A stretch of 64,000 nucleotides of DNA from Mobula hypostoma (GCF_963921235.1 NC_086097.1:202680001-202744000), one strand, 5' to 3'; shown: positions 22,630 to 36,427, counted from the stretch's first letter. Notes: generated from the letters alone by a model not told the origin. A program made the numbers and translations.

Positions 22630-23420
22630 TGTGTATAGAGTCGTACAATACAGAAACATATCCCTGCTGATTCGCCCTGCCCCACTGTCTACACTGATCC
22701 CTTTTGTCTGCGTTGGGGCATATTCTTCTATGCCTTGCCTATCTGTCTGAATGCCTTTTCACATGTTAATTGTATCTGATTCCACCACCCCCTCTGGCAG
22801 CAGGTTTTCAATATCCTCCAACTCTCTTTGTAAAGAAAACACTTCACCACCAATTCCCTTTCCAAACAAAAAAGTTTCTTCTCACCTTAAACCTTACACT
22901 CTTGTCTTTGATACCACTAGTGTGTAAAAAGCACTTTAACTATCTTATCATATTTTTGCGTTTCATAATCTTATTTACTTCTATCATCACCCCTCATTCT
23001 CGTTTGCTCCAGAGGAAACAAGACCATCCTAAATAATCTCTCATACCTAAAGAATTTCAATCCAAGCAACATCCTGGTGAAACTCTCCTGCACTCTCTCC
23101 AGTGTAATCACATCCTGATATAAGAACATAAGAAATCGGAGCAGAAGTAGGTCACCTGACCCACTGAGCTTGATCCACTATTCAATAAGATTGTGGCATA
23201 TCTGGCCATAGACTTCAGCTCCACCGACCTGCCATTTCCCTATTACCTTTAATTCCTCTCCTTTGCTAAAATATGTCCAACTGTGTGTGAAATATATTTA
23301 ATGAGTTAGCCTGTACTGCTTTACTGAGCGGATAATTCCACAGATTCACCACTCTGTGGGAAAAGTAGTTCCTCCTGTCCTTCCAATAGTGTTGCAACCA
23401 GAACTGCGCTAAGTACTCTA
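22630..23420 (-). mobile_element. Degraded CR1 3'-end fragments
   Basis: A (taagaaca)n tail near 23120 and the motifs ttccacagattcaccactct and caacatcctggtgaa match other CR1 copies. Confidence 0.65.
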
Positions 23421-26335
23421 ACATTGACATATTTTCTCTAATCTTTTCACCACAGGTGTAGCCTATTCTACTAAAGTTTTCATTATTTTAAGCTATTTGC
23501 AGTATATTGCTTTTGATTGTATTTCTTGTTTAATAATGCAAAAACTAAAGATTAATCAATTGCAAATTTTTTCTCATGCAACTTCCCTACAAATACTTTG
23601 TGGTAATGAAAGTATACAAGTGATTATGAGATCAAGAACTAGAGTAAATATTCTTTATTATAAAGCTGTACAAAACAATGATTCACACTTTATTTAAAAT
23701 ATATTTTCAATAATTACATCTCAGACTTTCCAAACCTTGAGATGATCATAATTAAGTTTTTAAAGCAGAAAAGGCATATGATCCACTTCCATTTAGAGGG
23801 ATATGAGCATTGTGTAGGTGGAAGGGATTAGTTAGTTAGGTATTTAAATGCTAGTTTAAAATTATAGGCAGAAGGCCTGATTCTGTGCTGTATTGTTCAT
23901 GGCTGTAAACATGCAGGTTTAACAGGCAATGTGGCAAATAGGCAGACTGATTTTCGTTGTCAGAATTTGCACACAATATGCAGTTATGCAGGGCCTCACT
24001 GAGTTTGCAATTGTGATATTGTATACTTCTGGCTTTTTTACAGAAGGGACGATATACTTGCAATAGTAGGATTGCAATTGATTCCAGAGGAAGGGGGTAT
24101 TGGTTGGGTGGGGGTAGGTTCTGTGTGGAGAGAAATGAGAGACAGGACATTTCCTCTCAAGTTTAGAAGAATAAAAGGTCATTTTCATTGAAAGATTCAA
24201 GGAGGAGGCAGGAGGAAAAGCAACAGTAGGAAGCTTATAAAGGTCCTGAGAGGCAGAGCATCAACGAGAAGCTGAAAAAAGAGCCCTTCTCCTTGGCTCA
24301 TAAAACTTTTGAGAAATATATTTACATCAGCCAGTAGAAGTAGGCTGTAAATGAACAGCCATTGTAAGAGTGGGCTAGTGTTTGGGTGGTAAATTAAGAG
24401 ACTTTGGCTCATATGGCTTCAGTGAGCATGGCTCAGATAAGGTTAGTTGAATTTCCTTTTTAGCCTTGGAGCGTACGGATGGCAGTTAAGGCAGGAAGAC
24501 TTCAGTATCCATGAGGACTTCACCTGTGGGAAGTGTGTCCCGCTGCAGCTTCTGACTGACTATGTGAAGGAGCTGGATATATGGAGTTGAAGTTACACTC
24601 AGGATCGTCCAAGGTGCTGGGAGTTTCATAGATCTCAGTTTTAGTGAGGTGGTCACATCTAGGGTATAGGCAGAAAGTTGTTGAGTGACCACAAGCAAAG
24701 GAAAAGGGAGTTGTCAGATAGTGCATGGTTCTCCTTTGGCCAGTCCTCTCGAAAACAGGTATACCATTTTGGATACTGTTGGTGGGGATAGGAGGGGTGA
24801 CAGTCCAGGAGAAGGCAGCAGTTGCTCGTTCAGTGGCACCAGAACTGGTTCTGAGGCACAGTGGGAAATGGTGAAGGCAGAAAGAACTATAATGATAGGG
24901 GACTTAATACTTAGAAGGGCAGATAGGATCTGTGATCTCAAAATAATGTTGTGTTGCATCCCTAGTGCCAGATTCAGGATGTCACAGAGCTACAGAACAT
25001 TCTTAAGGGGGAAGATGAGCAGCCAGAAGTAATTTGCACATTGGCACAAATGACTTTGGCAGAGAAAGGGATGAGGTCCTGCAGAGTGAATATAGGAAGC
25101 TTGGGAAGAAGTTAAAAACCAGTACTTTGAGGGTAATAATCTCTGGGTTGCTTCCAGTGTCATGTGCAAGTAAGGGTAAGAATAGGAGGATATAGCAAAT
25201 GAATATGTGGCTAAAAAATTAGTGTAGGGGTGGGATTTAGGTTCTGGTACCATTGCAATTTCTTCTGGAGCACAGGTGACCTGTTCAAGAGGGTTGTGTT
25301 ACACCTGAACTGAAGGGAGTCCAATATACTGGCAGACAGATTTGCTTGTGTTGCTAGGATGAGTTTAAACAAGATTGGCAAGAAGATGGGATCCCAAATA
25401 TCAGGGAGGCAACTGAGAGGTGGGGATTTTAACTTTCTTAATATGGGATGGAATTTGTTAGGGGCTTTCAGGAAAGTTTCCTTGGCATTATTTAGAGGCT
25501 TGACTAGGGTGAGGATAAAACTGACCTATTTTTGAGTTATGAAAAGGGACAGAATTGGTTTCCCGCTCAAGTTCTAAACTGTGGCAAGATGAATGTTGAG
25601 GTTATGAGGCAGAACCTTGCAAGGGTTGATTGGAGTAGGTTGTTTTTAGGCAAGAAGACTATAGACAAGTTGGAGGCTTTTAAAAGTGAGATAGTGAGAG
25701 TTCAAGGCCTACATGCTCCTGTTAGACTGAAGGGCAAGGCTAGTAGGAGTGTGTAACCATGGATGACAAAGGGATGTTGAGCCCTGGGCCAGATAAAAGA
25801 AGGAGACATGGGTCAGGTACAGGCAGCTGGGATCAAGTGAGTCCCTGAAGGAGTATAATGGACACAGAACTCTACCCAAGCAGGATATTAGGAGAACAAC
25901 AAGAGGATGAGAGATAACTTTGTCAGAGAAGGTTAAGGAAAATCCAGAGATTTTGTAAGTATTTTAAGGGACAAAGAATAACCAGAGAGGGAATAGGGCC
26001 CTGTTAAACTGTTAGACTTCTGGTCTTCTTCCATGGTAAAAACTAGGAAAAGTAAATGAGGAGTTCTTTGGGGATAAAATAGAGGAGGTGCTGGATTTTT
26101 AAAAAGGTATGAAGATAAACAAATACCTAGAGCCTGGCGAGATTTATCCAAGAACACTGGGAAGCTGGAGTAGAGTTTGCAGGAATCTTATCTGAGGTAT
26201 ATGCATCATGGTTTGCCATCGTTGCTGATAGACTGGAAGTAGTGCCTTTATTTAAGGAGGGTGCCAAAGAAAAGCCTGTGAGTTCTTGGCTAGGACATCT
26301 TAACATCAGTAGTAAGTTACAAGGGATATGATATA

Positions 26336-28807
26336 CAGTGCCTATAAAAAGTATTCACCCCACTTGGAAGTTTTCTTGTTTTATTGTTTTACAACATTGA
26401 ATCACAGTGGATTTAATTTGGCTTTTTCGACACTGATCAACAGAAAATCACTATTTCTTGTCAAAATGAAAACAGATCTTTACAAAGTGATCTAAATTAA
26501 TTACACAGATAAACCACAAAATAATTGATTGCATAAGTATTCACCCTCTTTAATATGACACACCAAATCATCACTGGTCCAGCCAATTGGTTTTTGAAGT
26601 CACATAATTAGTTAAATGGAGATCACCTCCACATCTCTAAATGGAGAGTCAAGGTGTTTTAATTAATTGTAGTAAAAATACATCTGTATCAGGACGATCC
26701 AACTGCTGTTGAGTCAGCATCCTGGCAAAATCTACACCATGAAGACTAAGGAAAACTCCAAGCCACTCTGTGAAAAGGTTATTGAAAAGCACAAGTCAGG
26801 AGATGGATACAAGAAAATTTCCAAGTTACTTGGAGTTATAGTTAAGTCAATCATCAAGAAATGGAAAGAACATGGCACAGCTGTAAATCTGCCTGGACCA
26901 TGCCGTCCTCAAAAACTGAGTGAATGTGCAAGGGAGACCACCAAGAGACCTATGACAACTCTGGAGGAATTACAAGCTTCAGTGGCTCAGATAGGAAAGA
27001 CTGCACATACAAGAACTGTTGTCCGGGTGCTTCACCAATTGCCCCTTTATGGGAGAGTGGCAAAGAGAAAATCACATGAAATAAGACCCTAAGATATAGG
27101 AACAGAAGTAGGCCATGTGGCCCATCGAGCCTGCTCCACCATTCAATCATAGGCTGATCCAATTCTTCCAGTCAACCCCACTCCTCTGCCTTTTCCCCAT
27201 ACCCTGTGATGCCCTGGCTAATGAAGATTCAATCTATCTCTGCCTTAAATCCACCCAATGACTTGGCCTCCGCAGCTGCTCATGGCAACAAATTCCACAG
27301 ATTTACCACCCTCTGACTAAAGTAATTTCTCCGCATCTCTGTTCTAAATGGACATCCATCAATCCTGAGGTCATGCCCTCTTGTCCTAGACTCCCCTACC
27401 TTGGGAAATAACTTTTCTAATCTGTTCTGTTCGGGCCTTTTAACATTCGGAATGTTTCTATGAGATCCCCCCTCATTCTCCTGAACTCCAGGGAATACAG
27501 CCTAGGAGCTGCCAGATGTTTCTCTTACGGTAACCCTTTCATTCCTGGAATCATTCTTGTGAATCTTCTCTGAACCCTCTCCAGTGTCAGTATATTCTTT
27601 CTAAAATGAGGAGCCCAAAACTGCACACAATACTCACAAGTGTGGTCTCACGGGTGCCTTATAGAGCCTCATCACATCCCTGCTCTTATATTGTATGCCT
27701 CTAGAAATGAATGCCAACATTGCATTTGCCTTCTTCACAACTGAATCAACCTGGAGATTAACCTTTAGGGTATCCTACACAAGGACTCCCAAGTCCCTGT
27801 GCATCTCTGCATTTTGAATTCTCTCCCCACCTAAATAATAGTCTGCCTGTTTATTTCTTCCACCACAGTGCATGACCATACACTTTTCAACATTGTATTT
27901 CATTTACCACTTCTTTGCCCATTCCCCTAAACTATTTAAGTCTCTCTGCAGGCTCTCTGTTTCCTCAACACTACAATCTCAGCTCGAGTTTACCAGAAGG
28001 CATGTGGTTGGCTCTGAGGTCAGCTGGAAGACATTTCTATGGTCTGATGAAACCAAAATTGAGCTTTTTGGCCATCAGACTAAATGTTATGTTTGGCATA
28101 AGCCAAACACTGCACATCATCAAAAACACACCATTCCTGCTGTGAAGCATGGTGGTGGCTGCTCATGCTGTAGGGATGCCTCACTGCAGCAGGCCTTGGA
28201 AGGCTTGTGAAGGTAGAGGGTAAAATGAATGCAGCAAAATATCGGGAAATCCTGGAGGAAAACCTGATGCGACTTGGGAGAAGATTTATTTTCCACCAAG
28301 ACAACGACCCCAAACATAAAGCCATAGCTACACAGGAGTGCCTTAAAAACAGCAAAGTTAAGGTACTTTGATTCTAGACCTCAATCCAGTAATTGGGAAT
28401 ATGTGGTTGGGCTTGAAAACAGCTGTTCACTCATGATCCTCATGCAATCTGACAGAGCTTGAGCAGTTATGTACGGAAGAATGGGGGAAATTTGCAGTGT
28501 CCTGATGTGCAAAGCTGATAGAGACATATCCACATAGACTCAAGGCTATAATTGCTGGCAAAGGTGCATCAACTAAAACTGATTTGAAGGGGTGAATACT
28601 TATGCAATCAATTATTTTGTGTTTTATATTTGCAATTCATTTAGATCACTTTGTAGAGATCTATTTTCATATTGACACAAAAGAGTTTTTATGTTGATCA
28701 GTGTCAAAAAAGCCAAATTGAATCCACTGTGTTTCAGTGTTGTAGAACAATAAAACATAAAAACTTCCAATGGGGGGGGGAGTGCTGAAATCTTTTTATA
28801 GGCACTG
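26336..28807 (+). mobile_element. Tc1/mariner transposon (IR/DR type) carrying a CR1 insertion
   Basis: The ends are TA|CAGTGCCTATAAAAAG ... CTTTTTATAGGCACTG|TA with long TIRs. The transposase starts at ATG 26739 (MKTKENSK...GDGYKKISK) and includes WSDETKIELFG, VKHGGG and QDNDPKH. Confidence 0.93.
27083..27974 (-). mobile_element. 5'-truncated CR1 inserted in the Tc1 transposase
   Basis: It is highly similar to CR1 38517-39613. The Tc1 sequence catgaaat|ctcagc is split with AAT on both sides (27080-27082 and 27975-27977). Confidence 0.9.
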
Positions 28808-31045
28808 TATGTGCATTTGGAAAAATGGGTTGATTAGGAGTATTCAACATGGCTTTGTGCATGGGAGATCATGTCTTATGAACTTGATTGAGTATTTTGA
28901 TGAGAAGAAGGCAGAGCAGTAGACATGATTTATATGGACTTCAGTAAGGCCTTCAGTAACGCCCTGCATGTTATGCTGCTCTGGAAAGTTAGATTGCATG
29001 GAATCCATGGAGAGTTGGCTAATTGGATTGATGGTAGAAAACAGAGGACGATGATAGTAAGTTACTTCGTGGAGGGGGAAAAGTGGACTATGAAGAAGGT
29101 TATCAGTAATTACACGGGGATCTTGATCAGCTGAACAACTGGGCTGAGGAATATCAAATAGAGTTGAATTTGGTTAAGTGTGAGGTTTTGCATTTTTGAA
29201 AATTATATCCAGGTCAAACTTTCATAGGGAATGGCAGGGCTGTGGGGATTGTTCGAGTGTTAGTGCATGGTTCACTGAAAGTGAAGTCTCAGGTTGTCAG
29301 GGTTGTGAAAAAGACTTTTGGCACACTGGGCTTTGTAAATCAGGACATTATAAAAGTTAGGAGATTGTACTGGTGAGGCCACACTGAAGTATTGATCAGT
29401 GATTGATTTGAGATAGCACTACATTGATGTTGCTAGATGAGGTTCCTCTTTTCTCCCGAAATGCATTCATAATTCTCGAAAACAGATACAGAAGGAAGAT
29501 GCTACCAATCTAATCCCAACTTTCAGCATTGTAACAGTAGTCCTGCAAATCGCAGCTCTTCAAATAGACAAATGCATTCATTAAATGTTGTAAGAGTTTC
29601 TGCCTCTATCATGTTTTTGTAATAATGAATTCCAGACAGTTGCCTCCCCACTCTTGATGATTTATTTACCCTCTTGGATCCACTGCATTAGAGATTTCTT
29701 GAAATTAGTCTATTTTGATGTTCAACTCCCTTAGCTAAGGAAAATTAGTCTTCATATTTACTTGATCTGTGCTTCTCATAAATATACTGTATGTATCTCA
29801 TTTAAGTTATCTGCCAGTCACCTCCATTCCAAACGAAACAACCACAGCCAATGCAACCTTTCCTCATACCTAAGATTTTCTTGTCCTGACAACATCATCC
29901 TATATCTCTCTGAACTCCTCAGTGCAATCACATCTGTCCTATGTTTTGCTGAGCATAACTTGTGCTTTGGCCAAAAATGCATTGCATACAATTCTTACAT
30001 AATATGCTCCTTTATTTTTTCAAAAAAGAATAGAAATGTTGAAACATTAAACCAGTTGGGAAGCATCTGTGAAGAGAGAAACCAGTTACTATTTTGAGTA
30101 AGGGGCCCTTCCTTAAATTTCAGAGGTTGAAAGATGAGCAAGACAAGTCAGTAGTTACATTTGCGACCTTGTAAAAGATGTTGGTGGATAGTCATCTGAG
30201 ATGGAGACAGAGGTATCCAGGAAAGGAAGTGATGGATCACATGAATGAGATCAGGATGGAAATTGGCAGCAAAAGTGATGGAATTTTTGAGTCTTATATG
30301 GATGAAGTATGAGGCAGTAGTGCAATTATCAGTATATTGAGAACAGTTGGGGAAGTGATTCCAAATAAATCTGGAACAAAAACTTGCACAATGTCCACTT
30401 CCTATTCTCTGGTACTTTAATTCTCAATCCCACTCCTCTTCTGACCTGATGTCAGCAGCCTTCTCCAAAGCTGTTCTGAGGGCCAACATAAAGTAGAAGA
30501 AAATATTTTTGTCTACTATCTAGCCACTTTGTAACCTTCGAAAGTTCAAAGTAAATTTATTATCGAAGTACTTATATGTCACCCATATAAAAAGCCTGAG
30601 ATTCATTTTGCTGTCGGCATACTCAATAAATCCACAGCAGTGTAATAACCAGAGTAGAATCAGTGAAAGAGTACAGAAAGGAAGGAATAATAATGAGTAA
30701 TAAATATTGAAAACGAGCTGATGAGTCCTTGAAAGTGAGTCTATAGGTTGTGAGAACATTTCAATGAAGGGGCAAGTGAAGATGAATGAAGTTATCCACT
30801 CTGGTTCAAGAACCTGATGTTTGAGGGGTAGTAACTGTTCCTGAACCTGGTGGTGAGAGTCCTGAGACTCCTATACCTTCTTCCTGATAGCAGCATGTCC
30901 TGGTTGGAGACGGTCCCTGATGATGGATGCTTCCATACCATGCTGCGATGCAGCCCGTCAATATGTTCTCTACTACACATCTATAAAAGTTCCTCAAAGT
31001 TTTAGCTGTCATGCTGAATCTTCACAAACTGCTAAAGAAGTAGAA

Positions 31046-33512
31046 ACCATAGAAAACCATAGAAAAACTACAGCACAGAAACAGGCCTTTTGGCCCTTCT
31101 TGGCTGTGCCGAACCGTTTTCTGCTTAGTCCCATTGACCTTGCACATGGACCATATCCCTCCACACACCTCCCATCCATGTATCTGTCCAATTTATTCTT
31201 AAATGTTAAAAAAGAACCCGTATTTACCACCTCGTCTGGCAGCTCATTTCACACTCCCACCACTCTCTGTGTGAAGAAGCCCCTCCTAATGTTCCCTTTA
31301 ATCTTTTCCCCCTTCACCCTTAACCCATGTCCTCTGGTTTTTTTCTCTCCTTGCCTCAGTGGAAAAAGCCTGTTTGCATTCACTCTTATCTATACCTCTA
31401 TCAAATCTCCCCTCATTCTTCTATGCTCCAGGGAATAAAATCCTAACCTATTCAACCTTTCTCTGTAACTGAGCTTCTCAAGTGCAGGCAACATTCTTGT
31501 AACCTTCTGTGCACTCTTTCAACCTTATTAATATCCTTCCTGTAATTTGGTGACCAAAACTGAACACAATACTCCAGATTCGGCCTCACCAAAACCTTAT
31601 ACAACCTCATCATAACAATCCAGCTCTCATACTCAATACTTAGATTAATAAAGGCCAATGTACCAAAAGCTCTCTTTACGACCCTATCTACCTGTGACGC
31701 CACTTTTAGGGAACTTTGTATCTGTATTCCCAGATCCCTCTGTTCTACTGCACTCCTCAGTGCCTTACCATTTACTCTGTATGTTCTACGTTGGTTTGTC
31801 CTTCCAAAGTGCAATACCTCATACTTGTCTGTATTAAACTCCGTCTGCCATTTTTCAGCCCATTTTTCCTGCTGGTCCAAATCCCTCTGCAAGCTTTGAA
31901 AACCTTCCTCACTGTCCACTACACCTCCAGTCTTTGTATCATCAGCAAATTTGCTGATCCAATTTACCACATTATCATCCAGATCATTGACATAGAGGAC
32001 AAATAACAATGGACCCAGCACTGATCTCTGTAGCACACCATTAGTCACAGGCCTCCACTCTGAGAAGCAATCCTCTCCTACCACTCTTTGGCTTCTTCCA
32101 TTGAGCCAACGTCTAATCCAATTTACCACCTCTCCATGTATACCTAGCGACTGAATTTTCCTAACTAACCTCCCATGTGGGGCCTTGTCAAAGGCCTTAC
32201 TGAAGTCCATGTAGACAACATCCACTGCCTTCCCTTCATCCACTTTCCTGGTAACCTCCTCGAAAAACTCCAATAGATTGGTCAAACATGACCTACAAAG
32301 CACGAAGCCATGTTGACTCTCCCTAATAAGTCCCTGTATATCCAAATGCTTGTAGATTCAGTCTCTGAGTACTCCCTCCAATAACTTACCCACTACCAAC
32401 GTCAAACTTACCGGCCTATAATTTCCCCAATTACTTTTCGATCCTTTTTTAAACAATTGAACAACATGAGCCATTCTCCAATCCTCCGGCACCTCAGCCG
32501 TAGACACTGACATTTTAAATATATCTGCCAGGGCCCCTGTAATTTCAATACTAGTCCTCTTCAAGGTCTGAGGGAATACCCTGTCAGGTCCTGAGGATTT
32601 ATCCACTTTAATTTGCCTCAAGATAGCAAGCACCACCTCCTTTTCAATCTCAAACAACAGGAATTCTGCAGATGCTGGAAATTCAAGCAATACACATAAA
32701 AGTTGCTGGTGAACACCGCAGACCAGGCAGCATCTCTAGGAAGAGGTGCAGTCGACGTTTCAGGCCGAGACCCTTCGTCAGGGACGAAGGGTCTCGGCCT
32801 GAAACGTCGACTGCACCTCTTCCTAGAGATGCTGCCTGGCCTGCGGCGTTCACCAACTTTTATGTGTGTTGCTCCTTTTCAATCTGTACAGTTTCCATGA
32901 TCTCACTACTTGTTTCCCTTAATTCCATAGACTTCACGCCAGTTTCCTTAGTAAATACAGACGCAAAAAACCCATTTAAGATCTCCTCCATTTCTTTTGG
33001 TTCCGCACATAGCCAACCACTCTGATCTTCAACAGGACCAATTTTATCCCTTACAATCCTTTTACTCTTAATATACCTGTAAAAGCTCTTTGGATTATCC
33101 TTCACTTTGACTGCCAAGGCAACCTCATGTGTAATTTTAGCCCTCCTGATTTCCTTCTTAAGTATTTTCTTGCACTTTTTATACTCCTGAAGCACCTTAT
33201 TTACTCCCTGTTTCCTATACATGTCCTACAACTCTCTCTTCTTCTTTATCAGAGTTGCAATATCCCTTGAGAACCAAGGTTCCTTATTCCTATTCACTTT
33301 GCCTTTAATCCTGACAGGAACATACAAGCTGTGCACTCTCAAAATTTCTCCTTTGAAGGCTTCCCACTTACCGATCACATCCTCGCCAGAGAACAACCTG
33401 TCCCAATCCACGCTTTTTAGATCCTTTCTCATTTCTGCAAATTTGGCCTTCTTCCAGTTTAGAACCTCAACCCTAGGACCAGATCTATCTTTATCCATGA
33501 TCAAGTTGAAAC
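31046..33512 (-). mobile_element. CR1 LINE ORF2 fragment (~2.5 kb)
   Basis: ORF 31452-32345 is the RT domain (QHGF, DFSKAFD, KFADDTK), and upstream ORFs are colinear. The tail is (catagaaa)n, with TAGAA at both junctions. Confidence 0.93.
32651..32871. mobile_element. Fold-back (palindromic) Penelope pLTR insertion with a 14-bp target-site duplication
   Basis: Inverted arms at ~32686-32779 and 32783-32873 are separated by AGG. CTCCTTTTCAATCT flanks the insert at 32637-32650 and 32872-32885. Confidence 0.9.
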
Positions 33513-33989
33513 TAGAAGTGCTGCTGTGCTTTCTTCATAATTGCGCTTACATGCTGGGCCCAGGACAGGTCCTCCAAAATAATAACACCGAAGAATTTAC
33601 CCATGTAATTGTGTACCTATATTTTATTGCATGTGTCATTTTAAGCTGCAGCAATTTCTTCCAATGTTCATATGCTTTTCCGGTTCCGAACCAGTGAACA
33701 AATCAACTGAATGATTAAGAAGGGCAAGATTTTGGTTCATTTGCAAGGAAATAATTGTCGCCTGAAAGACAATCTTTGCAATTTCCTTCATAATTCACAT
33801 TTTTAAACAATAAAAGCAAATTTAATTATGTGGTCTGGGCAAGATATGTTTATGGGGAAGCTAAAGAAACAATGTCTAGACATCTGTCCATGCCTTATTG
33901 GGTAGGGTGTGACTGAAAGAGGAGATCAGGGGTTATTGAAGATATTGGGATGGGGTGAAGGGCAAGCAATAGCCAGCAATGCTTGACAG

Positions 33990-34100
33990 AGACACAAGAG
34001 ACTGCAGATGCTGTATTCTGGAGCAAACAAAACTGCTGGAGGAACTCAGCCGGTCAGACAGCATGCACAAGTTCCTTCAGCATTCTGTTTATTGACTCAG
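33990..34100. mobile_element. Short, older fold-back Penelope pLTR remnant
   Basis: ctgcagatgctg...tgctggaggaactcagc is followed by the inverted agttccttcagca. Confidence 0.55.
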
Positions 34101-35099
34101 CAGAGCTTTATAGTCTTTTATGTTTAATTAAATTTTTTCTTGCTATCCCATCTTATTCATAATGGCGTGTGTTTTTTTTTTGGATTGTAAATAAAAGCTG
34201 CGTGAGAAATGTGTTTTCTTGACCTAATGTTGGACTGGAAGGCCAAAGGGACTTCGCTGCAAATGCATGTCTGTTTTTGTCATCCCTGTATATGTGGCAT
34301 GTTGCATTTCTAACTTACATTGAATGCAGGCTCCCTGCTGGCTATAATTATGATATAGGCAGTTGTTTAGGTGCTGTGGAATGAGTATGGTGCCTTGAAG
34401 TTCATATGCTGTAGTTCAGCATGTCCACATTTGATTGAATATGTGTGAGGGAAAGATCCTTGTGAATGTTTCATTTTATTCTCCTCTAATTGGGACATAC
34501 TTGGGTACGAACAGACTAATCTTGCCTGAGTTTAAAAGGAACTGTATGGTCTGTCTGATCTTGGCTTAATTGCAAGAACAATAAGATAGTAAGAGAGAAA
34601 AAAACTCTTGACATCTCCCAACTATACTTTCCCATAACTTGCTTTGACTTCACATATGTTAACCCCTGAAATTCTATCTTAGTTTCTATTTCCAACCAAA
34701 AATAATTAGTGTGCAGGTCACTGACCAGGAATAAAATGCATGAGATTACTATTTTTGAAAGTATGTATGATTTAAAAATAATTAGTAGCTGATTTAACTT
34801 CATGTTTAATTGTTTAGGCACGTGCAGTTTTCTGTGCAGTTGTATCTGCATTCATGTTTGTTCGCTCTGATCAAATGTGGGTCGTATCTTTAGAGACTGC
34901 TTGTCAAAGGATCTCTGATAGTCTTGTGTCTCATTGCAGTATTTGTGTGTACCATCAGTTATTACTTATTATTTAAATATTGTTCTGTTTGTAACATTTT
35001 AATATCTCTATCCCCAGCAGTATTTCTCTGATCATTTGGGTTATAAACTCTTAATCTCATGCTAAGTTATCTCGTTTTCCAATATAATGTATTATCTCA

Positions 35100-35720
35100 A
35101 CCTTTCAAGCATTATCAATTGATGAGATATATTAGGTCAAAATCTTTTCATCAGATCTGGAAAAAATGGCAATGTTATAGAGAAGAGATACTGGAGGGAA
35201 CAAAGAAGAATATCTGTGATTGGGTGTAGACCAAATTTATAAGGATAATAATGACTTTTAAAATAGTAGTTAGATATGGAAAGGCATCACACTAACAGTG
35301 AAAATAACAAAGATAAAAGGGGTGTGACTCTCAATTAAATTCAATATTAAGGTTTAAGGGCCGCAACGTGTGCTGTTAGAAGATGGGATGCTGCTCCCCA
35401 AATTTATGTTGGACATCTTTATAGCAATATTGGAGGCCAAAGGCAGCACAATTTGGTAGTGTGTTGAAGAATTGAACTGGTGGGCAACTGGAGCTAAGAT
35501 ACGCTCTTGCAGACTGAACAGAAGTGCTTTGCAAAATGGACACTCAGTTTACTTCTGGTTTCTCCAATTTCGGAGACACCGCATTGTGACCACCAGATGT
35601 GGTGCAGTAAGTTAAAAGAAATGCAAGTAATTGCTACTTCACCAGGACGGAGTGTTTAGGTTCCTGGATGATGGGAAGGGAAGAAGTAAAAGGGCCAAAT
35701 GTTTCGTTGCCCGTGGTTGA
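35100..35720 (-). mobile_element. Highly degraded Penelope-like remnant
   Basis: It has weak colinear similarity to the GIY-YIG region of 19797-20797. Confidence 0.5.
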
Positions 35721-36427
35721 ATGGCAACTTGCCATCAGAATGGAAGTGGTTGGTGTGCATAGAAGAATAAATTGAAATTCCAGAGGTAAAGCTTTGTTCC
35801 AAATGCTTAAATAAGATGATATCAGAGAGGATGTACCTCGTGGTGACATTCCATCAAACATAGTGGAAATTATGGAAATCGTTAAGGCTACAGGATGAGA
35901 TAACAAGAAAAGGAAGAGAACAATCAGACATATCACGTGAAACTGGGAGCATTGCAGAAATTAGCAGCAAAGGTAATGAAAGCAACACCAATTCAATTAT
36001 CATTGCACCAACAGAAGAGTTTGGGGGGTGGGTGGAGCTGAATAGGACTGAAATGACAATGACTGAAATAATCGAGATCCTCTCCCATGCATATGTGGGA
36101 GATGGCAAATGTGCATTTTCACACTCTGTCTTCCCATTATCCAAAGACTCAAAAGTCCTTACAGGTGAATCAGCAATTCACTTTCACGTCTTCCAGTTTA
36201 ATGTATCGTATTTGATGCTCATATTGTGATCTTTTCTTTTCATTGTTTGGGTGGCAGCTTTGAAACCCATCTCTGTTCAATCTGCAAGGCTGACCTTCGG
36301 CTTCAGTCCTCTGTCACTTTAATTGTCTTTCCCACTCCCCTTTGACATCTCACCCACCTTCCACCTCCTACCTTACAAGTAGATATAGGAGCTGTCAGAA
36401 TCAAATATGTTTGTAAAATTTCAATAT

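Larger units (their letters stand above)
24470..29395 (+). mobile_element. Old near-full-length CR1 LINE (ORF1 esterase remnant plus ORF2), host of a Tc1 insertion
   Basis: The ORF1 remnant LENRYTILDTVGGD...IGDLILRRADR...CCIPSARF resembles the SGNH-esterase CR1 ORF1. ORF2 motifs QHGFV and YMDFSKAF resume immediately after 28809. Confidence 0.78.
30541..33597 (-). mobile_element. Rex1/Babar-like LINE 3' fragment interrupted by CR1
   Basis: It codes TLRNFYRCVVENILTGCIAAWYG and SGRRYRSLRTLTTRFRNSYYP. The sequence resumes at 33513, and an (aagttc)n-like tail lies at 30541. Confidence 0.78.

Noticed and set aside
32750..32812. Functional hammerheads in the 32651 palindrome
   Set aside because: The inversion junction removes CU from the + copy and disrupts stem I of the - copy, and the long hairpin would outcompete ribozyme folding.
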